Assembly (NCBI GenBank): GCA_018398765.1
Contig: JAHBMJ010000444.1
Coordinates: 108,020 to 128,019 of the forward strand
Direction of reading: 5' to 3'
Length of the DNA stretch: 20,000 nucleotides
Source of the DNA: Chromera velia
Lineage: Eukaryota
Positions 1-10,980 of this stretch are shown here, piece after piece; within the stretch, counting starts at the first letter, position 1, and every line of letters starts with the position of its first letter. The position numbers and the translations under genes are program-made. The notes under the pieces were generated by a model. The model did no database searches, was not told the DNA's origin, and saw only the letters and a list, made by a program, of their open reading frames with translations.

Positions 1-654
1 GGAGTCAGGGCGAGCTTGACAAATGTTACAATAAAACCCTTTCCCCCATTTTTCTCTTTGCCCTAGTCTCTTGCAAGAGGAGACGAAGAAGAGAGGACAG
101 CTTACAAATGACTCACGCAAACAAAGAGCAACCCCAGTACCACTGTCGTCGCGAATTCGTATCATACATGAATTTTATTCAATGAACTGATGGAGAGTGC
201 GAAGCACATAGTGCGACTCATCATGGAGTGTCATGACCACTGTCATCACAGAAAGTTGTCTATATATAGCTCAAAGAATGGACGTTTTGGAGACTGCACA
301 GAATTCAGTGCGTGTATACGCGTTCGCACGGAGTAGGTGAGATTCACAAAAGTGGCACTTACGCAATTCACAGATGCAACTCGGACCATACTCGGACCTG
401 CGCTCACTCAGTGCCGACTACAGTACCTTGTGCCTTCCAGAGTTCTCAAATTCCCTCAAGTCAAGGGATAGTGGTGTATGGATGTGTAATGATGTGTATG
501 GAGACTAAAAGATTGACTCTTCAACGTGACACTGTCCCAGACCCAGAAAAGCTGCAAAGAATTCGAGAGGCGAGCAGTAGATCTTATTCGAAAATTCTTC
601 CGTCTCCTGTTCAACCAATCCCCTGACATCCAAGATTGTTGTCCCTAAAGCGCC

Positions 655-1209
655 ATGCAGACGCCTCAAAATGCGAACTCAGCGGGCGTAAAGTCTCCTG
701 GGGTCATTGTGATTCCAGGCGGTGGTGGGAAGTCTAGTTTGGTCTCCAAGTTTGGAAATCTTTTTGTCGATATCGACAGCTACTGGGATGCTGAAGGAGA
801 CGTGGAGTCTAAAATGATCAAAGACTGGCAGGCAGCACGTTCGTCGGGAGATTTACACGCGGAAAAGGCACTAGTAGATGAGTGCGTCTTATTCAAGGCA
901 AAAGAATGTGAGCGGCTGGGAACGGGGGGGAGGGTGGTTCTCGTTCAGATTCCTGAACAGGCGATGATCATTTTGGGCTCCAGCCCAGTTTCTGAAAAAC
1001 CTGAAATAGTTGACGACCGCTTGTTAGTCCTCAGCCCGACTTCCTCTCTCCACGCCGAGGCCCTTGAGGCAAAGGGAGAGCCTGAGTGGGTGAGAGATAT
1101 CTGCAGGGTCCAGCGGGAGAAGGTGAACTCCCACGGACAGGTGGAAGAGTACTCCTCATGGGACGCTCTGGCAGAAAGGGCCTGTGCATTTGCCCTCAAG
1201 TACATTTAG
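655..1209 (+). CDS. Small P-loop NTPase/kinase-like protein (184 aa), resembling the Phytoreo_S7-type domain of dsRNA viruses
   Basis: Uninterrupted ATG (GCGCCATG) to TAG ORF with globular composition. Hydrophobic strand plus Walker A-like VIVIPGGGGKSSL, then FVDID, VVLVQ and LLVLSPT strands, the layout of NMP/shikimate-kinase-like P-loop folds. Family assignment is from recalled motifs only. Confidence 0.65.
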   Translation: MQTPQNANSAGVKSPGVIVIPGGGGKSSLVSKFGNLFVDIDSYWDAEGDVESKMIKDWQAARSSGDLHAEKALVDECVLFKAKECERLGTGGRVVLVQIPEQAMIILGSSPVSEKPEIVDDRLLVLSPTSSLHAEALEAKGEPEWVRDICRVQREKVNSHGQVEEYSSWDALAERACAFALKYI

Positions 1210-1565
1210 ATGTGAGTCAAAGTGAGGCCTCGGTGTATTGATGTGACAGTCAGAATGTCATACGGGCCTGCAGGTGGAAGTTTCACGGAAGTCTGCAGCG
1301 TGTAGACGGGTCTGTTCGGGGCTTCCGTCTACAGGAAACAGGGGTGCTGCAGGAAAAGCGGATAGCGGCAGTGAAATTTGTGGACGTAGACTTGATGAAT
1401 TCCTTCTTGGGAAAGTGTTGAGGTCAGGCTCTGTTGAGGGCTTTGGTTAGCAGTTCGGCTTCCTGTCGGGAAGGGGAACAATAAATCGGGGTTCATCGGA
1501 AATGTTTTGAAACTCTTGTTGGCAGTGTGACTGCCTCTTCGTCTGTCTTGCCTGCCTCCGCGACT

Positions 1566-1808
<243 letters not shown>

Positions 1809-2020
1809 AAGGGAGTGCTGCAGCGCACGCAGATTCACAGTGAGGCGAGGGGGCGGAAAGACGTAAATAATGACTGAAAACATGACACCCACGGACCCTC
1901 ACACGCAGACACATACGCGCGCGGTGCTTGCCTTCTTCTGGAGCATGTGGCCCTCATGCTCTGCTTCATGCTTTTGAAAGTAATGTCTACAGGTGGCCGT
2001 GAGTATCTCTCATTAGAACT

Positions 2021-2458
2021 GTGCCTCAAGTCTTATCACGCTCTGATGATTATACTCTTGTGAGATTTCAATGCCTGCAGGGAATAGAGAGCGGTCGGAA
2101 CAACTCAGACGTCGAGAAGCAGACATACCAAGAAGCCTACCATCGGGATCGCGACGCGGCAGCTTGCGAAAAGAATGAAGAGCTCAGCGCTCTGTTGCCA
2201 GAGTGTATGGAGTGTTCACGGTTGGTCTCCACGTGATTGGAATTCAAAAATCAAGGGGTTCAACAGTGCCTTCTGCGTCTGAGTGTCTTTCCCATAATTA
2301 CTGCGCCTTCGAACTTCTCTGCCTCTCCTTCGCGCTGCTCTGTCTGGAAAAAACACGTTGTGGAGGCCAGTCTTCGGCAGGGATTCGTCAAGGAATTGAC
2401 AAATCATCTACAATCGTCCAAGAAATTGTTTTGCCAGTATGTGAGATTAGCATACTAG
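2021..2458 (+). pseudogene. Possible decayed coding exon of unknown origin
   Basis: ORFs 2021-2236 and 2237-2458 are one frame split by a single TGA. Acceptor-like CTGCAG| ends at 2080 and donor-like GTATGT starts near 2437. No recognisable motif. Confidence 0.25.
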
Positions 2459-3857
2459 TTATACAAGCAGTCTTGAAGCAGATAGGAATTTTCAGCGTGA
2501 GTAAGCATGAACCACACGTGCACTGTATGATGCATATCTCTGCACATCTAGATGCACATAGTAGAACACTTCATTTTCCTTTTAATACCTTTTGTAAAAT
2601 CTAAAGATTTTACTAGACTATAGATTCAGTGTAGACTGCTTTCCCATTCAAACATTAATTTCAAAAACAAAAAAACTTTATGAGTATTAATAAGGATTTA
2701 TAAGTATTTATGAGAATACATCAATGTTGTTTCATTATACTACTAGTAGTGATAACATGTATTCATAGTAATTTATGTAAATTTATGGGAAAAGATCCTA
2801 CTGTAGTATAGTCTAACTAAGTTTTCTCCAGATTGGTTTGTTTCCACTTATGTTAAATTCTGTAAAGTGGGACTAGCAGCATAGGACTTAACGCGACTAC
2901 GCATGACAAAACACAAAGTTTGTGTACGCTTCTATACTCCGCATACTACATTGTCCGAAATTCTTCGGCACGCAATGCGCGCCCACTCCTTTGTAGTACA
3001 TATTACATCCTGTTGTCTGAATTGCTAGTAGTTGCTAGCTTCTGTTTTATAAGGTGCTTTAAAGTCCAAACACCTCAAACAATGTATTAAGCTCTTATAG
3101 GAAAAGCTTGTGCAACACCCTGTTGTTCTGTGATAAGTTCTGTTTTAAGGTCAAAACGGTTTAGAGCGTTTATGGAAAAAGCGTCAACAACAATGTATGT
3201 ACAACACCATTTTACTGCGACTCCGACCACTTTTAAGAAGATCAGTATAGAGTTCTTGCAAGTAGCTTTTGCCTTACAGCATAGACTTCATGGTGTTGAC
3301 AAAGCCGTCACAACAGCACAGAAGGAGGCATTCACCGATTGCTTGCCTTTGAAGTATGCTCCGCAGTTAAAAGAAGCCGCTGAGGACATGCAGGAAACAA
3401 ATGAACAACACATCTTGTTCACGCAACACCTCTCTATTCACCAGCAGAGTCCAAAAGATCAGGACGTGATTGTTAGCAAACTCTTTTTAGATGTGCTTGA
3501 TTCCACATCATGGACTACGTGTTTGTCGTGGACTTGTGAGGCTTCAGACTAGGGCTTGAGATAGCTTGAGCTTCTGTTGATACAGATGGGATTTAATAGC
3601 TGAGTCTAAGCTGACTTCTAGCTGCATATGACTTGTACAGTCTGAGATGTTTCGCACGGAGCTGTCTGCACCTCTGTCAGGGCGTCGCTGCCATCGCACC
3701 AGCATGCATGGGGGGCACTTAATAATTTACATACACCGTGGAAGCTGCGAGGGTGAACATGCAACTTTGAACAACACTTTGTTGCTACACTTGTTACGAC
3801 CTCTCCCTTTTTGGTAAATTGGGCGCCTACCTAGCTGTGCCTCACCGAAGTTGACGA

Positions 3858-4014
3858 GTCCGACAAGTAGCCTTGTCGGTTCGATAAACGGGCTTGCAGG
3901 TTCGACAAGTGAGGTTGAAGGTCCGACAACTGAGCTTGAAGGTTCAACAAGCGAGATTGAAGGTTTGACAAGTGAGATTTAAGGTTTGACAAATGAGATG
4001 GGAGGTTTGACAAC
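3858..4014. repeat. 21-bp tandem repeat (about 7.5 copies) in the 3' LTR, consensus GTTCGACAAGTGAGATTGAAG
   Basis: Units start every 21 bp from 3858 to 4005. The same array is present in the other LTR. Confidence 0.92.
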
Positions 4015-4362
4015 TTAAGAGTCACACACGGAAGTCACTGGTTCGACATATGGAATCGGGGTTCGACATACGGAACCGAAGTCCAACAAACCAAATTGCA
4101 GATTTCTAGATTCAAATTTCACTTCTTTGAAAGTAGGATCGGGATCGTCAAGATTATGAATTTCATGAAAAGTTGTAACCTTGCAAAAATGTCATGCAAT
4201 CGTTCGATATAAAAAGCCATCTGAGCCAGAGTTTAACAAAAAGATCGACACGTTCTTTCTCTTTCCATGTGTGTCTCTTTTTTTCCCTCCTTAATTTTCT
4301 TATGTGTTTTATGTATTCTGTTTTATCTTTGGTGTGTTTTGCCATCTCTAAACGGTTATACA

Positions 4363-4400
4363 ACAAAAAGATCGACAAGAAGATCGACAAAAAGATCGAC
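4363..4400. repeat. 12-bp tandem repeat ACAA(A/G)AAGATCG x3 in the LTR
   Basis: acaaaaagatcg acaagaagatcg acaaaaagatcg ac. Confidence 0.9.
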
Positions 4401-4965
4401 TAAACCTGGAGCACACTCTCCAGAGAGTTCATAAAAGTTTTCATATCCTTACTCATGAAATATATAAAATTTCTTTGTACTTCTCTTCCTATGCCCATGC
4501 TTGCAGTCCTTTAATAAGCTTACTAACAAGTTCGACAAGCGGGTCGACAAGTCGTACTTAGCTACGATTCTTGTTAGGCCATTTGCATCATGGTTGATCC
4601 CTGAGCCTTCCTCTTCTGACCCAGCAGCCTATACAACCATCTCAGCCATGCAGATCCCACCACGTATAGCAATATTGATAACACTCTGTCTAAAAGCAAC
4701 GACGGGTTTTAGGCTTATGTACCAACAGGTAAACCTGGCCTGATCTAGTACCCAACTCATTATTTGGTCACAGTTTGCATATATTTTGCAATTTTGCTTT
4801 ACTCTAGCTGCTTATTATATTCTTATGAGAAACTACATTATCATTTTATTTATGCTCGTAATGCAGCTCATTCTATATTAGTTTATTATTATTTAATTTT
4901 TTATAATTTTCCGCAGGATTTCTTGGATGATAGATAAATACTCGTTAACCCTATAAGGCAGCATA

Positions 4966-4969
<4 letters not shown>

Positions 4970-5003
<34 letters not shown>
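4970..5003. repeat. (TA)17 microsatellite in the LTR
   Basis: Directly visible TA run in the AT-rich part of the LTR. Confidence 0.95.
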
Positions 5004-5005
<2 letters not shown>

Positions 5006-5142
5006 CTTTCTTTCTAATTTTTTTTCTTCTTTGCAAGTTCACTCTCTCTTTTTTTTTTCTAGGAAACTGAAAGCATAACACATTCCCCCTTCTTATATGA
5101 GCGATTCCACGCGCTCATACTTATAGATATCTATGCGTAACA

Positions 5143-5155
5143 CATTCCCCTTTCT
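5143..5155 (-). other. Polypurine tract (plus-strand primer)
   Basis: Minus strand reads AGAAAGGGGAATG immediately followed by TGTTACG, the LTR start. Confidence 0.85.
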
Positions 5156-6749
5156 GAAACAGCCCTCGAAATGGCATACAAATGGAGAGAGAACACCATA
5201 CAATCATTCAATGTACATTCTCAGAGTCTCTTGGTAACAGCATGCCAAGATGCGTATATATTGAAGGACATACACATGTTCATGCAATATGCAGACTAAT
5301 CGAAACATGCCCTCGTGAATGCAAATTCCACGCATACATATGCATCATGCATCTCAGAGGCTTTCTGAGGAGCAGCACAAGTGGTATATAGAGTATTACG
5401 TCGGAGTCTTTTGATCTTTTAATCGTTCTCGCACAATAAATGACCTCAAAGGGGCCTGGAAGCTGTTTTGGGTAGAGGGATTGTTAAGAAAAGAAGACAC
5501 ACAGTTGTCTATCTATATAGAAGACGCTCATAAGCCAGGCTTGCCACCAGACGGTCTCTCAGATCAGTGCATGTGCATGAGGTAGAACAAGCAGACTGAA
5601 CGCCGGTTTGAACGTTGTGTAATAAAAAGCCACAATAAGCGAATCTGGTCCTCTACTACGCAGCAATCGCATTGTCGAGATGTCGTCTATGACTTTGAGC
5701 TCTTCCCATGTAGAGCCGTTTTCGGTCTGCTGTCAGATTGTAGTTCGGTCTGATACAAATGTCAGACAAAAGCAGCATGAAGCAGCAAGGTCAGACAGTT
5801 TGAGTACGTTCGCACGCGCACCAATTATTTTTGCTTGACTTGGGGGGCACTTTTGTTGCGTGCCCCTCAAGCGATAATCGGAGTGCGTGCGAAAGTGCAT
5901 ACGTGCATTTAATGCGCGCGCACGTCTGACCTTCAAGTTGTTGTTTTGCATGGTTCTGACTAGCTTGCTTTCCGGAATTGCCATTGAAGCAAACTTGCAT
6001 CTAAAAGCATTCCAACAACAGACAGACATCAGCACAGCGCAGTGGAAGGCTACCAATGCAGTTCTGAAAGGGGGGATGTCTCATTGTTTGTTTGTGGAGG
6101 GAAATCGGCTGGCACTGGCACGTGGGCAGGTCGTGAGCGAGGCCCTCCGTTCTTTCTGCGTATGAGTGTGTGGGTGTATATGTCTTTTCATTGGATAGCA
6201 TTTCCTCATAGGTTTACTGGTTGTGGGCGGACCCTCCCACGAGTCAGTAAGCCTAGAGTACTCACGTACCCCTTGCCTGTTTAATGTGGTGAGTCAGGAG
6301 CGAGCTCAGGTTAAACTTTTCGTACATTCAGTCACCCGTTGTTCTTCCTCCCTCCCCCTGTTCGCATGGACAATTAGTTTCGTAAAAGATTTATGGTCTG
6401 CATCCATGTACTTCCCTACGCACAGGGTTATACATGCTATGAATATCGATACACATATATATTCATCTTTACACGTAACAGTATCCCACGCAGTGTTAGG
6501 TCTGTTCATGGGTGTTGACGTTTGTCAGACTGAGACCTCTCCCGTATGGCAACTTCTACTACAGTCAATGTTGACTGTTCCTTCTGTTCGGAAATACTGA
6601 TTCATTTCTTTCTACCATTTCTTGCAGGGTTGCGGGCTTCCTGATCTTCCCTCATGTCGACCCCTTCCCCGTCCCTTTAATGATCCACTGACTCGCACGT
6701 CAACTCCTTCCTTGCTCTTAGCACGTGCCTTGGATCGCAACTTTCGTGG

Positions 6750-6962
6750 GAGGTCAGGTTCTCACCCCTACCTCCGGAACCCCGGGTTCTCTCCCCCGGT
6801 CTCCTTCCTTTCTCTCTCGCTGCTATATTACGAGGTCAGGTCCTTACCCCTGCCTCAGGAGATCTGGCCTCTCTCCACCTGTTCTCCTTTTTTTCTTCTT
6901 TTGGTGACCTTTTGGGAGATCTGGCTTCTCTCCACCTGTTCTCCCTTTCCGGTGACCTTTTT
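6750..6962. repeat. Two interleaved short direct duplications
   Basis: GAGGTCAGGTYCTYACCCCTRCCTCMGGA at 6750 and 6832. GGAGATCTGGCYTCTCTCCACCTGTTCTCC...GGTGACCTTTT at 6858 and 6915. Confidence 0.85.
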
Positions 6963-7795
6963 CACGAACTTGTGTCGATCTGAGACGCATGCCCACCCCT
7001 CATATTCATGCATTCACCCATGCACATGCATTTTATCAGCATAGGAATCATACATGCATCTCAGAGAGTCCTCATGCATTTCTTCATGTATGATCAGCAA
7101 CGTTGGCCGATTGGAATTTCATCAGATTTTGCAGTTGTCCGTCTCCCTTCCCCGGCCGACACTTTCCCTCCTGTGCTCACCTGTTTTTGTGCCTGGATTT
7201 ACTTGACTGTCCCTCATTGTCCTCACACCTTGCTTTGGCTTCTGTACTTACACTTGTCTCCTATTTTTGCAGTTTTCATGTCCGTCTATTGGTGCAGACC
7301 GACTGAATGCGGTGTGCGGTTCTATTTCCATGCCCTTCCAAGGTCTTCCGTGGTTGGTGAAGACGCCATTCCATTGCAGGATGCCGGTCAGTCCAAGCGG
7401 AACCCCCTTTGTATGGACGAGTGGTTGTTGCAACTGGGGGCTGTCAGCAGTCTGAGAGCCAGAAGCTTACGAGCAGCCTATTAACTCCATGAACGCATGC
7501 ACTCAAGATGACCCTCTCTTTTTTTTTTTCTTGTGAGTGAAGGTCAGCTTCATAGTGCTGCAGGGCTTTTGGAGACGGCGTGACAGCTAGATACGGCTAG
7601 GTGCTGTTCAGGGGAAGAGAAGATTTCAAAGAGAGACAGAAAAAGATCTCCGACTTCCTTCTTCCATAGAACGGGTCACTCTTCTTTGCTCTCTGTCTTT
7701 CTTCTGCTGTTTTCATTCCTGCTAATCATGCAGCTCAATAATGCTTGCAGGTTTCCGATTTTTGTGGCCTCAGTAGGGGCAGACGTGCAGAGCGG

Positions 7796-8114
7796 GTGCG
7801 GAGATGGCTGGGCAGCGCAAAACGATCCTATGTAGACGGGTCGAAAAAAGCGAATGGGAGACCAATGCCGGAGTATTTCAAGCACCCTATCTGGTTGGTT
7901 GGGCGCCCTCAATATGAGGTCGTTAGGTGTTTTGCTTCATGTGTGAAGGGGGCTTCCATGTCGCTCTTGTAGTTCACAACTGGGGTAGAAGTGCGGAGCC
8001 GGCAGGCGAGTCACCAAAACGATCCCATGTAGACGGACGAATAGGACACGTGGGAAGGCATTGATGAAGTATTTCAGGCACTCTGTCTGGCTGGCTTGGC
8101 GCCTCCAATATGAG
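7796..8114. repeat. Diverged direct duplication of about 123 bp (7796-7918 and 7991-8114)
   Basis: Shared blocks GTGCGGAG, CAAAACGATCCYATGTAGACGG, AGTATTTCARGCACYCTRTCTGGYTGG and CAATATGAG at an offset of about 195 bp. Confidence 0.85.
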
Positions 8115-9472
8115 CATGCCACGTGCTTTGTTTCATTCATAAGGGGAGGTCTTGTGCTGCATCTGCACTTGAAGAGACGGCATTCCTCGTAGGGAGACGG
8201 CAACGCCGCCCTTCATGCCACCACTCAAAGAAAACCCAACAGCCGCTCTTATGTCCCTTCCCACCATTCTTGTGCTCATGCAGGACTGCAGAGGCGGCCC
8301 TGCTGTCTCATTTTTTCATGCATTTTCCTTTCACAGACCTTTACATTAAAGCTGCTTGCATTCGCGTGGTATGCGCTCCTTATCACTTGCCTTGGGTGCA
8401 GTACTAGTAATTCTGACGTGGCGGAACTGTCCAGTTAAGCGGAGCAACGGAAGACAGCAAGATCGTCTGGCGGAGACTTGGTGGATATAGAAGGAAAAAG
8501 AATTGGCCGGCTGAATATATCTTGAATAGAGAAGGAGAGAAAGCGAGGAACAGAGGGAAAGGAGCGGAAAGGGAAGAAGAGAGAAGAAGAGAGAAATGGG
8601 AAGACAGAGAGGCAGTGGGGACGTACCCGCTGTAGTGATGAAAGAGCGCGGTAAGGGCTTTTAAAAAGAATTCTTTCTGCTTTTTGCATGCCTTATTCAT
8701 TGACGCCTCCTTGTTTTCTCTTTTTCGTTTCACTGGGTGTGAGTGGACCGCTTTCCGAGATTAAGTCATTCTCTATTCATTCGGATCTTCCCTCTCTGTT
8801 TCTCTTTTTTTTTTTTCTTCTTCTTCTTCCCCTCAGAGATCCGGCCACGTACGGTTACTTGCTCAAACCCATGTATTAGTCATGCATTCCCGTTGTCGGT
8901 CGATCCACTACTCCTTCGATCCTTTTCTCTTCTCCTTCTTTTTTCCAGGAGGACAGCTTGTGGGAGGTCCGTCATTCATTCAGGTGTGAACCCTATCTTT
9001 GACGCTGAACTCCATCTTTTTGGACGGCATGACGCGTTTCTAAAACCAGGATGGAAGGACAAAGAGGTTGAAGTCAGAGACGACTGGTGAGTCCGATCTA
9101 GGAAGGGCAGTTTGGAAAGAGGGAGGGACGTCGAGGAAGAAAGGAAGAGAAAAGAATAGAAAAGAAAACGATATAATCAAGTCGCTTCATCGCTTCCTTT
9201 TTTCTCTTTGGTCCCTCGAGGTTTTCATTCATTCGTTCCTTTAGTCATCCATTCCTTCATTCATTCATTCGTTCAGTTGTTCATTCACTCATTTGTCTAA
9301 TTGTTCGTTCCTTCATAATCATACTTTCGTCCATGCATGCTCATCCATGTCTCTGCAATTCACTCATTTCCTTGCTCAATGACATCCATTCGCTCGCTTT
9401 TCGCTTGCGTGTACATCCTTCAATTTCCCGTTCTTCCATTCATCTATCCACTTACGTCTCTGCATTTTTCAA

Positions 9473-9638
9473 TTCACTCGTTCCTTTGCGCATCGTTCAT
9501 TTTCTTGTGCATGCATTCCTCGATTCACTCGTTCCTTTGCGCATCGTTTGTTTTCTTGTGCATGCATTCCTCGATTCACTCGTTCCTTTGCGCATCGTTC
9601 ATTTACTCGTGCATGCATTCTTTGACTTCCTCGTTCCT
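9473..9638. repeat. 51-bp tandem repeat x3 plus a partial copy
   Basis: Unit TTCACTCGTTCCTTTGCGCATCGTTCATTTTCTTGTGCATGCATTCCTCGA starts at 9473, 9524 and 9575, within TTCA-rich low-complexity DNA. Confidence 0.93.
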
Positions 9639-10824
9639 TCTACTTATTCATGCATTTGCTTATCCATGCTCTTTTCACTTTGTCGTTCCCGGTCGTTCCT
9701 TGCTCATACAGCGTGAGTCATGCTTGCTCATCCATTCATTCATTCATCAGTCTCCCCTTTCGTCCCAAAAATTTCACTGCCTCTCAATTCATGACACTCA
9801 TGCAGCTCTCCGGCCCCCCTTCTCTTCCCCTATGCTCATTGTCCGGTCCCCTGGCTCTTGCCGTGCCCGCATGTCACCGGCCTCTGGGCAAGGGCTTTAT
9901 CTTCCGTGTTTTTCCCCTTCCCTTCTCTTTCCTTCAACCGGGTGAAAGGCTCTATGCTGCTCTATGTACTCCACCCGTTACCGTAAAAATCGAGCTTCTC
10001 TTGTTACACTCAGCCGTAGCTGTTTTCTCCATCCGTTCATTTCTCATTTATCCAGGCTCTCATGCATCATTTGCTTACACACGTATTCTCATGTGCATAC
10101 TCTCCCTTCTCTTCTTCCGTGCAGCGCTCTGAACACGCATGCATTCGGGCACTATGCCATACATTGATATGACTCTCGGGGTTTCCGTCAGACGGTCGAT
10201 GGTTCACTCGTTCACTTGTCTAGGTATGTCTTGCATGTCAGCCATTCCGCTATGAAACCCCGTATCGCCTTTTTGCTGAGCATAAGGTCATGAAGGTTCC
10301 TGCCCTGCCTTCGTTTGGTTGCTGATTCTATCATTCACTCATTGATTCACTACTCAGGCTCAGAGGGAGAAGGAGAGAAAGAAAGAGAAAGAGAGGAAAG
10401 AAAGGAGAGAGACCAAACAGATGAAAGGTAAAGAGAGCAGTGAACGAGGAAATTGAAGGCGAGGAAGAGGGATTCATAAGAGGAACCCAGTCCAGATGGA
10501 CCGAGTGCTGGACCGAGTGCCTATAGAGGGAGAGAGAGAAAGGAGTGAAGGAAGGAAGGAAGAAAGGAAGGACGAAGAGCGGGGACAAGTTGCACGAGAG
10601 GAAAGAAAAAGACGAGGAGGGGGCAGGAGACAGATGAGGAAGAGAGACGAAGAGATACATATACAATCGCTCTGTAATAGCACTCTGCACTGTTCATGGA
10701 TATTCATATGCCCTGCTTCACACTGCTCCTTTCCTATCTCTGCAGGTTTCCTTCACTAGATTCGCTGCTTGGAACGTTCTCTGTACCCGTTCTCCGACGC
10801 ATCTGCCTGTAACCCTGGTTCCTC

Positions 10825-10980
10825 CTTTCCTCGCGGTACTGTTCAACTAAGTCCGGGCATGAGCAGTTATTCTCGTGACACCACTCAGGTTGAAGGTAAC
10901 CAGCAAACTTGAGGAGGAACTAGGTGTTCCCCTTTCTGTCTGTTTTCTCTCCACACATACGTTCCACTTCATATTCTTCA
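10825..10980 (-). pseudogene. C-terminal chromodomain of integrase, interrupted by TAG
   Basis: Manual read-through gives EEYEVERMCGEKTDRKGNT*FLLKFAGYLQPEWCHENNCSCPDLVEQY, matching the chromodomain pattern YEVE...YLxKWxGY...WxPExNxxCPxLIxxF. Confidence 0.85.

Larger units (their letters stand above)
3792..5142 (-). repeat. 3' LTR (about 1351 bp; alternative end at 5080)
   Basis: 7-bp terminal inverted repeat TGTTACG (3792-3798) ... CGTAACA (5136-5142). 3792-4369 matches 19423-20000 at about 95%. Abuts the PPT. Candidate target-site duplication ACACT at 3787-3791, whose partner would lie outside the window. Confidence 0.88.

Noticed and set aside
312..626. 104-aa ORF upstream of the P-loop gene
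   Set aside because: Non-ATG start and no motif; most likely promoter or UTR sequence.
3858..4014. CRISPR-like appearance of the LTR array and of the 51-bp array at 9473-9638
   Set aside because: Head-to-tail tandem units without unique spacers, no cas genes, eukaryotic retroelement context.
3831..4025. Leucine-heptad ORF (LSNLQSH repeats), also at 19462-19656
   Set aside because: By-product of the 21-bp LTR tandem repeat, short and without an ATG start.
3792..5142. Left LTR as an independent solo LTR
   Set aside because: Flanks are ACACT and CATTC (no TSD), and the inner flank is a PPT, as expected for a 3' LTR.
6474..6480. Another CGTAACA that could be the LTR end
   Set aside because: Followed by GTATCCCAC, which is neither a PPT complement nor the candidate TSD ACACT.
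9333..10759. Hydrophobic or charged ORFs that might be env-like
   Set aside because: They arise from TTCA-rich and GA-rich low-complexity DNA, with no signal peptide, cleavage site or transmembrane organisation on the element's sense strand.
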